Part shown: positions 18,789 to 28,085 of the stretch, in pieces | How positions within the stretch are numbered: position 1 is the first letter of the stretch | Layout: every line of letters begins with the position of its first letter | Assembly (NCBI GenBank): GCA_963844965.1 | Contig: CAWJQC010000007.1 | Location: 160,001-224,000 of the forward strand | Reading direction: 5' to 3' | Source: an uncultured bacterium | Lineage (GTDB): Bacteria; Patescibacteriota; Minisyncoccia; UBA6257; 2-01-FULL-56-20 | DNA length: 64,000 nt | Notes under the pieces: model-generated | The model's database searches: none | Seen by the model: the letters and a program-made list of their open reading frames with translations, nothing else | What the model was told of the DNA's origin: nothing | Made by a program: the position numbers and the translations under genes

Positions 18789-19455
18789 ACACCCTACACA
18801 TTTTTTGAAACTAAAATGTGTAGGGCTCTTTCTCTCAGTCTCGGCAACCCCGACGTAAAGTCGGGGTTAAAGTCAGCATTGGGATGGTTGGCATTTCCGC
18901 CGCAAGGCGGAAAATTAAGAGCGAATGGTGGATGCCCTTGACATCAAAAGGCGACGAAGGACGCGGCGTAGCGGCGATACGCCTCGGGGAGGTGCGTAGC
19001 AACCTGTGATCCGGGGATTTCCGAATGGGGAAACCCAATTGAGCAAACCTCAATTTTTTTGCCGCAAGGCAAAAAGCAAACCCGCTGAAGTAAAACATTC
19101 CAGTAAGCGGAGGAATAGAGAACTAATGTTATTCCCTTAGTATCGGCGAGAGAAAAGGGAAGAGCCTAAACCTAAGTTTTCGCAAGAAAAGTTTGGTGTT
19201 ATAAGGTAAAAACACTTTGGATATAACGTTGAGCGTTATCCGCCAACGGCGGAGCGGCGACCAGCGTTATATCTAAAAAGGAGTTACAAATTGATTTGTT
19301 AGCCGAAGCCCACTGGAAAGGGGCGCCAAAGGGGGTGATAGCCCCGTAGGCGAAAACGAATCAACTTCTCGTTTTTATCCTTGAGTACTCTGAGGTAAAT
19401 TAGCTTCGGAGGAATTCGCCTGTACTATCAGGCAAGGCTAAATACTTTTGATGAT

Positions 19456-19492
<37 letters not shown>

Positions 19493-19687
19493 CAGGCCGG
19501 TGAGGCCGTTGAAATAGAACCTGAAACCATTCGTTTACAAGGAATTGAACCACGAACGTTCTGCCGCAAGGCGGGACGAGTGGGACAATGTGCCTATTGA
19601 AGAATGAGCCAACGACTTATTTTGCATTGCTCGTGTAAGCATCTATAAGATGCGTACGCACAGCGAAAGCGAGTCTTAATAGGGCGA

Positions 19688-19972
19688 AAACCATCTCAAA
19701 TTTTTGGACTGAAAAATAAAAACCGGTCAGTTTTTAGCTGCCGGTCTGCGAGATACCAATTCTTGTTCTAATTTTCTGACCTGAGCGTCCAGTTTTTCTT
19801 GAAGGCCACGATGCCTCAAGTATCTCCTGCCGCTTACGTGCGATCGATGTTTTTTCCTGGTCCAGATGGAATGTTGGGCCACGCAAACTCCTTTTGTCGG
19901 GCGACTGTAGATCTGGAAGGATTTTAGGATGAGCCGAATAGAAAGTCAACAGTCCAAAAATTTGAGATGGTT
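19688..19972 (+). other. 23S IVS-a (~285 nt) at the helix-25 position, flanked by a perfect 21-nt inverted repeat CCATCTCAAATTTTTGGACTG / CAGTCCAAAAATTTGAGATGG
   Basis: conserved 23S sequence resumes on both sides; long perfect stem typical of RNase III-processed IVS. Confidence 0.65.
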
Positions 19973-20479
19973 AGGCAGTGCAACATAGACCCGAAGCCAG
20001 ATGAGCTTGCCTTGGCCAGGGTGAAATCCGCCGAAAGGCGGATGGAGGCCCGAACTGGTGGGTTGTTCAAAACCTTCGGATGAGCTGAGGTAAGGAGTGA
20101 AAAGCTAATCGAATCTGGTAATAGCTGGTTCTCTCCGAAATAGTTTTACGACTAGCGGCGCAGAAAATTTCGCGGGGGTAGAGCACTGGATGATTCGTAA
20201 AGGCCGAAAGGCCGACGAATCAATCAAACTCCGAATACCGCGATTGGAACCTGCGCTAGTCAGACTGCGGGGGCTAAGCTCCGTGGTCGCGAGGGAAAAA
20301 GCCCAGATCGTCAGCTAAGGTCCCTAAATCCATGCTAAGTGTTAAAGGTAGTCTTCTGCCATAAACAGATAGGAGGTTGGCTTAGAGGTAGCCATCCTTT
20401 AAAGAGTGTGTAACAACTCACTATTCGACGGCAGGGGGCGCGAAAATGTACCGGGGCTAAGCATGGTACCGAAGCTACG

Positions 20480-20585
20480 AATTACCTTGTGCTCCGCACA
20501 AGAATTTTCAGGTAATAATTTTCAATTTTCAAATGGTTTGGAAATTGTAAATTGCAAAATTGGAAATTCTCGCGCGCAGCGCGAG
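20480..20585 (+). other. 23S IVS-b (~105 nt) at the helix-45 position; interior is related to IVS-d
   Basis: an insertion lies between GTACCGAAGCTACG and GTAGTGGTAGGAGAGCATTC; interior aattttcaaatggtttggaaattg is similar to 21275-21330. Confidence 0.6.
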
Positions 20586-20885
20586 GTAGTGGTAGGAGAG
20601 CATTCGTATTGCACTGAAGCTCGACCCGCGAGGGCGAGTGGAGCGGTACGAAGAGACAATGTTGGTATGAGTAACCACAATCCCAATGAGAAATTGGAAC
20701 CCCGAAAATCCAAGGTTTCCGTGGCACTGGCAATCAACCACGGGTTAGGCGGCCCTAAGCCGATCCCGAAAGGGGCAGGCGATGGACAGACGGTTAATAT
20801 TCCGTCCCTTCCCTATGGTTATCTGCCGCATGACGGAGGAAATAAGCTTGCGTGCCTTATTGGTTTGGCATGGTTTGCCTCAAAG

Positions 20886-21033
20886 CGTGTCTCACTGCGT
20901 TCGACACTATAGTTAAACAATTTTTCAGTTAACGAGTTGCGAGTTAACGAGTTGAAAACAAAAAACCCGTTAACACGTTAACTCTTTAACTCGTTAATAA
21001 TTAATTATTGGGTGGCGAGCGGAGCGAGGCACG
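20886..21033 (+). other. 23S IVS-c (148 nt) with terminal stem CGTGTCTCACTGCGTTCG / CGAGCGGAGCGAGGCACG; interior made of TTAACG-family repeats
   Basis: 18-bp terminal pairing with 2 mismatches; interior matches intergenic repeats at 4330-4420 and 46880-46960. Confidence 0.6.
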
Positions 21034-21238
21034 TTGGAGGCCGACCGAAGGTTCGGTTTTTACCGGGCCGACGCAGGCGAAGAGCCTTCCAAGAAAAGCG
21101 CGGCGGTCACGCCGTAGAGAATCCGTACCGGAAACCGACACAGGTGGATTGGGCGAGAAGCCCTAGGGGAACGAGTGATTTGCCTCTAAGGAACTCGGCA
21201 AACAAGCGGCCGTAAGTTAGCAATATGGCCTGCCCGAC

Positions 21239-21352
21239 CGTGCCTCACTGCGTTCGGCGCGGAATTTAAAATTTTACAATTTTTAATTTTCAAACTGTTT
21301 GCAAAATTGAAAATTATATATTGAAAATTCCGCACGAGCATAGCGAGGTGCG
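21239..21352 (+). other. 23S IVS-d (114 nt) with terminal stem CGTGCCTCACTGCGTTCG / CGAGCATAGCGAGGTGCG
   Basis: left terminus identical to IVS-c and IVS-g at 17/18 positions. Confidence 0.6.
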
Positions 21353-21479
21353 GTTGGGCCGCAGCGAAAGTCCCTTTGGCGACTGTTTACCAAAAACACA
21401 GCTCCCTGCGAACTCGCAAGAGGATGTATAGGGGGTGACGCCTGACCGATGCGAGAAGGTCAAGGCCGACGGTGCACGT

Positions 21480-21565
21480 AGCACATAGCATGTAACACAA
21501 AACAAGAAAAAATAAATAAAACCTGCTCCATGTTACATGTTGCGTGCTGCGTGTGCTGATTGGCT
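21480..21565 (+). other. 23S IVS-e: expanded helix insertion with inverted repeat GCACATAGCATGTAACAC / CATGTTACATGTTGCGTGC
   Basis: extra ~70 nt relative to the conserved flanks AGAAGGTCAAGG ... GGTAACTATAACCG. Confidence 0.45.
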
Positions 21566-21887
21566 CAAGCCCTCGTCAATGTCAGCGGTAACTATAACCG
21601 TTCTAAGGTAGCGCAATTCCTTTTCGGGTAAGTTCCGAAGCGCACGAAAGGCGTAACGATCAAAGGACTGTCTCAGAGGCAAGCTCGGTGAAAATGCGAT
21701 TCCCGTGAAGACGCGGGATACCTGCAGCGGGACGAAAAGACCCCGGAAGCTTTACTGCAGCTTGGTATTGTTTCTAGGGCTTTGATGCGTAGCGTAGTGG
21801 GGAGCCTTTGAAGCTCCGCTCTCGGGCGGGGTGGAGGCGACAATGAAACACCCATCTTCAAAGTTTTAGCGACTAACCAGTTGGGGA

Positions 21888-21932
21888 CCCTACACTCTCT
21901 AGATAAATTTTGGAAATCCAGAGAGTGTAGGG
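21888..21932 (+). other. 23S IVS-f: hairpin insertion CCCTACACTCTCT-AGATAAATTTTGGAAATCC-AGAGAGTGTAGGG
   Basis: perfect 13-bp stem; its CCCTACAC...GTGTAGGG ends are shared with the hairpin at 18792-18825. Confidence 0.5.
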
Positions 21933-22297
21933 AAACCCAACCGGGACAGTGCTTGGTAGGCAGTTTAAATGGGGCGTTTTCCTCCAAAAAAGTAACGGAG
22001 GAGTTTATTAAGGTCGGCTTAGCCCGGATGGAAATCGGGCAGGACGTGCAAACGCAAAAGCCGGCTTAACTGCAAGGCCTACAAGCCGCGCAGATGCGAA
22101 AGCAGAAGTTAGTGACCCGACCACACATTATAGAATGGTGGGAGACACCGGACAAAAGCTACTCCGGGGATAACAGGCTGGTGAAGTCCGAGAGTCCCTA
22201 TCGACGACTTCGCTCGGCACCTCGATGTCGGCTCGGCACAGCGCGGGGGTGAAGAAGCTCCCAAGCGTTTGGCTGTTCGCCAATTAAAGTGCCACGT

Positions 22298-22338
<41 letters not shown>

Positions 22339-22456
22339 TGCTGCAGGCGTTTACACTTGAGGGGAGTTGGCCCTAGTACGAGAGGACTGGGCTGAACTGA
22401 CCTCTGGTCTACCGGCTTTGGTACCAACTGAAGCGCCGGGTAGCTATGTCGGGAAG

Positions 22457-22490
<34 letters not shown>

Positions 22491-22510
22491 ACCCCAAGAT
22501 TAGGTGTAGT

Positions 22511-22648
22511 CGTGCCTCACTATCGTTCGGCACGGTATCGATGCAAATATACTAATCGTACTAATGATGCGAATTTGATTCCATTGGTATCATTAGCATT
22601 CACTTGCATATTGGTATCGATACTCGTGATGAGCGGCAGCGAGGCACG
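22511..22648 (+). other. 23S IVS-g (138 nt) near the 3' end (helix-98 region) with terminal stem CGTGCCTCACTATCGTTCG / GAGCGGCAGCGAGGCACG
   Basis: same terminal stem family as IVS-c and IVS-d; interior is palindromic. Confidence 0.6.
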
Positions 22649-22962
22649 ACAAGGTTTCGTTGAAGACTACAACGCATATAGGCTCTAGGTGTAAGATCCG
22701 TAAGGATTTCAGCCAAGGAGTACTAATAACCTGTTTTGCCAACCATCCCAATGCTGACTTGTGTGCTGTTTTGGAGAACCGCGGTTCGATTCGCTCCAGC
22801 GGCGAATCGCCCGCTGCTTCTCGCTCCGACGGCTCGCTTCAGGCGAGACCAAGCCCGTCGGAGCTCCGAAAGCTTCTCCAAAACAGCACACTGCGTCCGT
22901 TCAGAAAGTTTAGGTGTTTTCGCGAAGCGAAAACAGCAATTTAAAGATTAAAACGACTCTTT

Positions 22963-23086
22963 GATGTCGGTGTTTTATTCTCGTGTGTCCCACCTCTTCC
23001 CATTCCGAACAGAGAAGTGAAAGCACGAGCATCCGATGATACTACCGCCTTCGGGCGAAGGGAAAGTAGGATATGCCGACATCAAA
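22963..23086 (+). rRNA. rrf: 5S ribosomal RNA
   Basis: CCCATTCCGAACAGAGAAGTGAAAGC...GATGATACTACC...GGGAAAGTAGGATATGCCGAC with terminal helix TGATGTCGGTG / ATGCCGACATCA. Confidence 0.8.
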
Positions 23087-23208
23087 GAGCCGTTTTTTTG
23101 TTTGAAAAAAAGTTTTCCTGCTCAAATTTTTGGAGATATTGACAAAATTTACTACCAAGAATTATCATTACTGCGGAACCTTTTTATGACCCAGGAGGTA
23201 AATAACCT

Positions 23209-23490
23209 ATGCGAGTTGAAGCGACACGTTTTGCTTGCGGCGATCCCAACGTTAAATCCCACATACTAATCTCTATTCTGGATGTCACGCCGGCGCCGGA
23301 CACACCAAACATTCTGCAAAGGGTCGTGACGACACTCAGGTCCGCGGCAGGATATCACGGAATCAAGTTTTCAATAAACGCACCCTACGAAGCCGGCAAT
23401 TCACTTTGGCTCCGTTTCGATGAGGGAGTGGGTCAATTTGAGGAAGATCCCATCGAGGCACTAAGAAAAGCGGGCCTTCTGGACGCTTAG
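23209..23490 (+). CDS. hypothetical protein (93 aa) with a strong RBS (GGAGG) and an upstream TTGACA promoter
   Basis: ORF plus expression signals. Confidence 0.5.
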   Translation: MRVEATRFACGDPNVKSHILISILDVTPAPDTPNILQRVVTTLRSAAGYHGIKFSINAPYEAGNSLWLRFDEGVGQFEEDPIEALRKAGLLDA

Positions 23491-23658
23491 ATTATTTACA
23501 ATTGTTACCTTGTGGCCACATCTGAATTTGACAATGTGACCACTTTTTTCTCCAAAAATTTGAGCAAGAGGATATTAAGGTTTTGATATTTTTTCTCCAG
23601 ACGACAGAGAAAAAATTTAGCCACGTTGTTTGCGTGGCTGTGTGGCGTGCTCGGAGTT

Positions 23659-23931
23659 TTACGAAATTTTCGCTTCGGTGAGGTGCATATGTTTTTTGAT
23701 GGCCGTCACCAGTAAATCATATTTATCTTGCTTGATGGTAAATCTCACATTGAACGAACTGAAGGAATGGGCGGATCGAAGTGAGCGGATTTGGAAGTCG
23801 GCTATGTTAAATTCGTTAGCGACTCCGATAAGCCTTGGTAGCCCGGTATTATTTACGTCAATGCAGACAACTCTCGTTTCGTCCGTTTTGGACTGAATTA
23901 GGCTGGCCATTGCTGCGACCTCCTTTTGCAA
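23659..23931 (-). CDS. hypothetical protein (90 aa)
   Basis: ORF; forms a tandem pair with 23987-24304. Confidence 0.4.
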   Translation of the reverse strand: MQKEVAAMASLIQSKTDETRVVCIDVNNTGLPRLIGVANEFNIADFQIRSLRSAHSFSSFNVRFTIKQDKYDLLVTAIKKHMHLTEAKIS

Positions 23932-23986
23932 GTGCCGGTTACTATAATACTTCGGGTCAAATTTTTTCGCAAACTTACCTGCCCGT

Positions 23987-24304
23987 TCAGTGGCACAGGA
24001 TTTTCTCTATAAACTCCGCCATATGGGACCGGGCTCCGACGAATCGCCAAGTATATTTCAGGTGTTTGCCGGTGCGACCCTCCGGTGAGTTTGTATAAAC
24101 GTTGTTTCCATGGCCGAAAATAACTTTCGTTTTGCAAGCAAGGCATTCAAGTTTTCCAATTTCCCCCTCCGCCTCTTTAAAACTGCCCCTGAAAGGAATT
24201 ACGAGAATTGCCAAGCTTTCCCCCTGTTTATCTTTCCACCCACCGGCCCCGCCCCGCTTTTCAATTTTCAAGGTCATTTTGCGCCCGTCTTTTAAGATCA
24301 TCAT
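23987..24304 (-). CDS. hypothetical protein (105 aa)
   Basis: ORF only. Confidence 0.4.
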   Translation of the reverse strand: MMILKDGRKMTLKIEKRGGAGGWKDKQGESLAILVIPFRGSFKEAEGEIGKLECLACKTKVIFGHGNNVYTNSPEGRTGKHLKYTWRFVGARSHMAEFIEKILCH

Positions 24305-24354
24305 CTACCTCCTCTAAGCTGCCGTGTTTATTCTACGGCGCTTTTTGTTTTTTA

Positions 24355-24804
24355 TCAAGAGCCTAATTCGTGCACTTTGCCGCGGCCGGCCTTCTTCTCG
24401 CCGGTTATCTTTTTATTTTTTAGTCGTTCTTCACGGGCCGAGTGGGGCACTTTTGTCGCGATGCGCGGGGCGCACTCGGCGAGCGCTTCGTTCACGAAGC
24501 GGTTGAGTTTTTCCGCTACAATGTCTTTGTTCTGCTTCTGCGTTCTTTGTGATTGTTCATAAAGAACTACCTCACCTACGTCATTCACACGGTTCGCGAG
24601 CGGAGCGTATGCCAATATTTTTTCTTTTTGTTCGTCACTCAGAACTTTTGATCCGCGGACATTCCAGCGCAAAACCGCCTTGGTCTCCACCTTGTTTACG
24701 TTTTGCCCGCCTTTGCCGCCGCTCCGCGCATGGGTGATCACGTATTCCGATTCGGGGATAGTAAGCTTGCTGCTCATTTCGTTGTCATTGGTTTCAAGGC
24801 CCAC
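24355..24804 (-). CDS. arfB: peptidyl-tRNA hydrolase ArfB-like (class I release-factor domain, GGQ motif)
   Basis: SGGKGGQNVNKVETKA GGQ motif; ~149 aa with a basic C-terminal tail. Confidence 0.75.
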   Translation of the reverse strand: MGLETNDNEMSSKLTIPESEYVITHARSGGKGGQNVNKVETKAVLRWNVRGSKVLSDEQKEKILAYAPLANRVNDVGEVVLYEQSQRTQKQNKDIVAEKLNRFVNEALAECAPRIATKVPHSAREERLKNKKITGEKKAGRGKVHELGS

Positions 24805-24860
24805 AATATCAATTATTTTTTATTTCCGCGATATTATCAAGTTGTGAATTATGCGCGTTT

Positions 24861-24889
24861 GACTTGTGGAGCGCGGTCGTCTATAATTT
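24861..24889 (+). promoter_or_regulatory. rpsB promoter TTGACT-17 nt-TATAAT with the ATG 8 nt downstream (leaderless-type)
   Basis: hexamers read directly. Confidence 0.5.
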
Positions 24890-24897
24890 TCTCTTAT

Positions 24898-25714
24898 ATG
24901 GCTGATATGGCTGAAGATAAATTGGCTGCCGCTGGCGGCCAGACAATTGCATATCCGGAAGAAGCTTCCCGCGAAATGATTGACGCGGGTGTTTTCTGCG
25001 GCCGCAAGAAGTCAAAGATCAACCCGAAGATGAAAGACTACGTCATCGCTAACCGCGGCGGCATCGGAATCATCAATTTGGCGAAAACCGTTGAAGCTGT
25101 GGACAAGGCCGCCGGACTTCTAAAAGAAAAAGTCAAAGGCGGCGGTCTCCTGCTTATTGTTGGCACGCAACCTCCTGCCGAGGAAGGTATTTTAAAACTG
25201 GCCAACAAATTTAACCTGCCGAGCGTGACTACGAGGTGGGCCGGGGGAACCATTACGAATTTCAAGATCATTTCCAAGCGGATCGAATATTTTAAAAAAC
25301 TTCGCGGTGACCTTGCATCCGGAGCTTTGACGGATAAATACACCAAGAAAGAACGCCTGATGCTTGAAAAGGAATTGGGCCGCCTTACGGAACTTTTCGG
25401 CGGGCTTGAAAGTTTAACAAGAGAACCGGACGTGCTGATAATTATTGATCCGAATCTTCACGAGCACTGCGGTTCGCGAAGCAAGGCGCATGAAGATCCC
25501 CGTGATTGCCCTGGCAAATGTTGATGCCGACCCGGATATGGTGGAATACCTCGTTCCAGGAAACGATAAATCGCGCAAGAGTATAAATTGGTTTTTGGGA
25601 AGGATTGAGTCGGCAGTGGAAGAAGCCGCGGCTATGCGCGCATCCGCCAAACTTGCCGAGGAAAAAGCGAAGGCAGAAACCCCCCCGGCAGATAAGGCAA
25701 AAAATAGTTTATAA
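24898..25714 (+). CDS. rpsB: 30S ribosomal protein S2; 2-nt frameshift near 25468 (CACAC collapsed?)
   Basis: DAGVFCGRKKSKINPKM...TRWAGGTITNF...IIDPNLHEH then TAVREARRMKIPVIA in the next frame (ORFs 24703-25524 and 25445-25714). Confidence 0.75.
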
Positions 25715-25726
25715 TTATTTTATACG

Positions 25727-26212
25727 GTGGCTTGCGCGGTCAAATCTGTTTTTTATGGTATGAGAAATAACGCAAAGGACATACAAAAACTACGTGAAAT
25801 TACAGGAGCCGGCGTGATGGACTGCAAGAGGGCGCTCGGTGAAGCCGGCGGCGATTTTGATGCCGCTATAAAATTAATACGTGAACGCGGCCTTGTAAAA
25901 GTTGAAAAACGGGCCGACAGGGACACCGGCGCCGGGCTTGTCCATTCCTACGTCCACAACGAAAGAATCGGCGTGCTTCTGGACTTGCGGGCCGAAACCG
26001 ATTTCGTCGTCCGCTCCGATCCTTTTCGGAAGCTCGCGCACGAACTTGCCATGCAAATAGCCGCGTCCGCGCCAGCCGATGTTGAAGAACTTCTGAATCA
26101 GTTATATATTAAGGATGAAACCCGAAAGGTAGTGGATGTCGTGAATGAGGTTATAGCGAGAGTAGGCGAGAATATCAGAGTCAACAAATTTTATAGGATA
26201 GAAATCAATTAA
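25727..26212 (+). CDS. tsf: elongation factor Ts (short form)
   Basis: LREITGAGVMDCKRAL UBA-like N-terminus and dimerisation core; the rpsB-tsf gene order is conserved. Confidence 0.8.
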   Translation: MACAVKSVFYGMRNNAKDIQKLREITGAGVMDCKRALGEAGGDFDAAIKLIRERGLVKVEKRADRDTGAGLVHSYVHNERIGVLLDLRAETDFVVRSDPFRKLAHELAMQIAASAPADVEELLNQLYIKDETRKVVDVVNEVIARVGENIRVNKFYRIEIN

Positions 26213-26243
26213 TTTGTAACTTGCCCTCGCGGGCGAAGTTGGC

Positions 26244-26555
26244 ATGTTCCAATTCATTTTCACCAATATTCTGATGATCTCCGCGGGCGCGCTTATCTAC
26301 GTGGTGGCGCGCGCATTGCCGCGGCTTGAACCCGAGCCGCAACCGGAGAAGAAAAATATTCTGGAACGCTGGATCGCGTCCGAAGTCCCGGAGAAGGTTG
26401 ACACGGCCCTGAACGGTTTTACGGTGAAGTTTCTGAGGAAGGTCAAGGTTCTGCTTCTCAAAACTGATAACGCCCTGAGCGGCCATCTGCAAAGGATCAA
26501 ACCGGAGGCGAATGGCGCACCAAAACGGCAACGACAAGCCGAAGCCACTTATTGA
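26244..26555 (+). CDS. hypothetical membrane-anchored protein (103 aa)
   Basis: ORF with an N-terminal TM helix. Confidence 0.4.
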   Translation: MFQFIFTNILMISAGALIYVVARALPRLEPEPQPEKKNILERWIASEVPEKVDTALNGFTVKFLRKVKVLLLKTDNALSGHLQRIKPEANGAPKRQRQAEATY

Positions 26556-26651
26556 TTTCAAAGAAATCGCCGCGGAAAAGAATGCGGAAAAGGAGGTTGC
26601 CAACACGGAAAATTTAGGCGATAATCAAACACAGAAGGAAGCATAGCTTGT

Positions 26652-26734
26652 GGCGCAGGTGGCAGAGCGGTCAATTGCACCAGACTGTAAATCTGGCGCC
26701 TTCGGGCTACGCAGGTTCGAATCCTGCCCTGCGC
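26652..26734 (+). tRNA. tRNA-Tyr (anticodon GUA), type II
   Basis: acceptor GCGCAGG/CCTGCGC, anticodon arm CCAGA-CUGUAAA-TCTGG (identical loop to E. coli tRNA-Tyr), long variable arm, T-arm GCAGG-TTCGAAT-CCTGC, discriminator A. Confidence 0.8.
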
Positions 26735-26740
26735 ACAAAT

Positions 26741-26767
26741 AAAAAAGCCCAAATGGGCTTTTTTATT
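26741..26767 (+). terminator. rho-independent terminator AAAAAGCCCAAATGGGCTTTTTT
   Basis: hairpin plus T-run immediately after tRNA-Tyr. Confidence 0.6.
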
Positions 26768-26829
26768 TGTGCGCCTTGCGACATTCAGTTCTGTCCCGCG
26801 CGTGAAGTGCGCCGTGCTATAATTAAGCT

Positions 26830-27012
26830 ATGAATCCCTCGCACTCTCTTACGGTATACGTGATCGGCGTTATCATCGTCCTTGCTGTTGTTAACGGCAT
26901 CACATGGCTTGTGGGTGGCATGGGAAGGTTCAGAACCATGGAATTGGTTTCTCTTGGCTTTTTATTGGGAATGCTCGCGATGTATATAGCAATGCATGTT
27001 TATAGGTGGTAA
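26830..27012 (+). CDS. small membrane protein (60 aa)
   Basis: two hydrophobic helices; TATAAT box 8 nt upstream of the ATG. Confidence 0.4.
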   Translation: MNPSHSLTVYVIGVIIVLAVVNGITWLVGGMGRFRTMELVSLGFLLGMLAMYIAMHVYRW

Positions 27013-27122
27013 GAATTGGAGCACTGTCCGAAAGATTTTTTGTCAAAATTGTTTGAGGGTCGTCTGCTTCGGAACCCTGATATTTGCGCGATTTTGCATT
27101 TGTATGCATAATTTGATGGCGA

Positions 27123-27152
27123 GGGCCAGTAGTTTAGTGGCAGAACACCTCA
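27123..27152 (+). pseudogene. 5' half of a tRNA-Ala-like gene (acceptor GGGCCAG, D-arm, anticodon-stem strand CCTCA)
   Basis: pairs with the 3' half at 27288-27325 (acceptor with G3:U70; anticodon stem CCTCA/TGAGG). Confidence 0.5.
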
Positions 27153-27182
27153 GGCGCGCAACCCCGCACCAAAAAGCAAACC

Positions 27183-27253
27183 GGGCCTGTAGCTCAGTGG
27201 CAGAGCATCCGGTTTGCATCCGGAAGATAGGGGTTCGATTCCCCTCGGGTCCA
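27183..27253 (+). tRNA. tRNA-Ala (anticodon UGC)
   Basis: acceptor GGGCCTG/CGGGTCC with G3:U70, anticodon arm TCCGG-UUUGCAU-CCGGA, T-arm AGGGG-TTCGATT-CCCCT. Confidence 0.85.
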
Positions 27254-27287
27254 CAACAAAAATTTTGCTTTTTTGGTACGGGGCAAG

Positions 27288-27325
27288 TGAGGAGATCGCG
27301 GGTCCGATTCCCGCCTGGTCCACCA
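27288..27325 (+). pseudogene. 3' half of a tRNA-Ala-like gene (TGAGG, T-arm GCGGG-TCCGATT-CCCGC, acceptor CTGGTCC, A, CCA)
   Basis: complements the 5' half at 27123-27152 across a 135-nt interval that contains tRNA-Ala(UGC). Confidence 0.5.
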
Positions 27326-27374
27326 CGTTACGGTCAGAAGGATTCCATTTTTTCCGCCGCTGCGGTAAGATATT

Positions 27375-27463
27375 TCTGAACTATGGTGGGGTGGCCGAGT
27401 GGTTGAAGGCGACGGTCTTGAAAACCGTTATACCCCCAAAAGGGTATCGTGAGTTCGAATCTC
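27375..27463 (+). tRNA. tRNA-Ser (anticodon UGA), type II
   Basis: acceptor GGTGGGG/CCCCACC, anticodon arm ACGGT-CUUGAAA-ACCGT, variable stem TATACCC/GGGTAT, T-arm GTGAG-TTCGAAT-CTCAC, discriminator G. Confidence 0.8.
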
Positions 27464-27540
27464 ACCCCCACCGCAGAGTTGGAAAAGTTCCATCTTTGAC
27501 TCCACCGATTTTGTTGGTGTATAATTTACTTACCATTCAG

Positions 27541-27951
27541 ATGAAACGTGTTGTTACAATTTTAATAGTCGTTAGTTTCGTCGCCATTTCCGTTTTCGGA
27601 TTCATCGGGGTTGAGTTTATGACGAGTCACCACGAGGCCTGCATCGTTTCCACGGTGCATGGCGGAATGTGCCCGGAAGCATCGGCGCCGTTGGATTACA
27701 TAAACTTTCACATGAACGCGCTCAAGAGTTTTTCAACGGCGGTTTTCGGTTATAGTTCGGCGCTCGGCGCGCTGCTTTTGGTTTCAATTTTAGCCCTTGC
27801 GGCCGCTTTTAAACTTGTGGCGCCCGGTTTCGCGGACACGAACCTTGCAATTGCCCGTTTCGGAGCGGAACTTGCAAAACCCAGTTCGCCGCTTACGCGG
27901 CGGCTTTTGCGTTGGCTTTCTCTTTGTGAAAACAGTCCTGCTTTTTCCTAA
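27541..27951 (+). CDS. hypothetical membrane protein (~137 aa)
   Basis: start chosen at MKRVVTILIVV; the upstream part of ORF-track entry 27214-27951 overlaps the tRNAs. Confidence 0.45.
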   Translation: MKRVVTILIVVSFVAISVFGFIGVEFMTSHHEACIVSTVHGGMCPEASAPLDYINFHMNALKSFSTAVFGYSSALGALLLVSILALAAAFKLVAPGFADTNLAIARFGAELAKPSSPLTRRLLRWLSLCENSPAFS

Positions 27952-28085
27952 GAGCGCCCGCTTGGAACCGCTTCATCCCGCTGAGGGCGGGATTGGTCGC
28001 GGCGGATTTTATCGCGCGCTCATTTTCCCGAAAAAGGGATTTTTTGTTGTTAGTTGAGCGGTAAAGTAAATCAAAAGTAAAAATT

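Noticed and set aside
19688-19972. Group I intron (possibly with a homing endonuclease) in the 23S at the helix-25 position
   Set aside because: The insertion is only ~285 nt and is flanked by a perfect 21-bp inverted repeat typical of RNase III-excised IVS. I could recognise no P-element organisation, and the internal minus-strand ORF has no nuclease motifs. A covariance-model search would settle it.
26558-26752. 64-aa minus-strand ORF
   Set aside because: It overlaps tRNA-Tyr and its terminator.
27153-27287. Self-splicing intron in the anticodon loop of the split tRNA-Ala
   Set aside because: At 135 nt it is far below the group I intron size, and it is mostly occupied by a complete tRNA gene. 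A disrupted gene or unusual processing seems more plausible.
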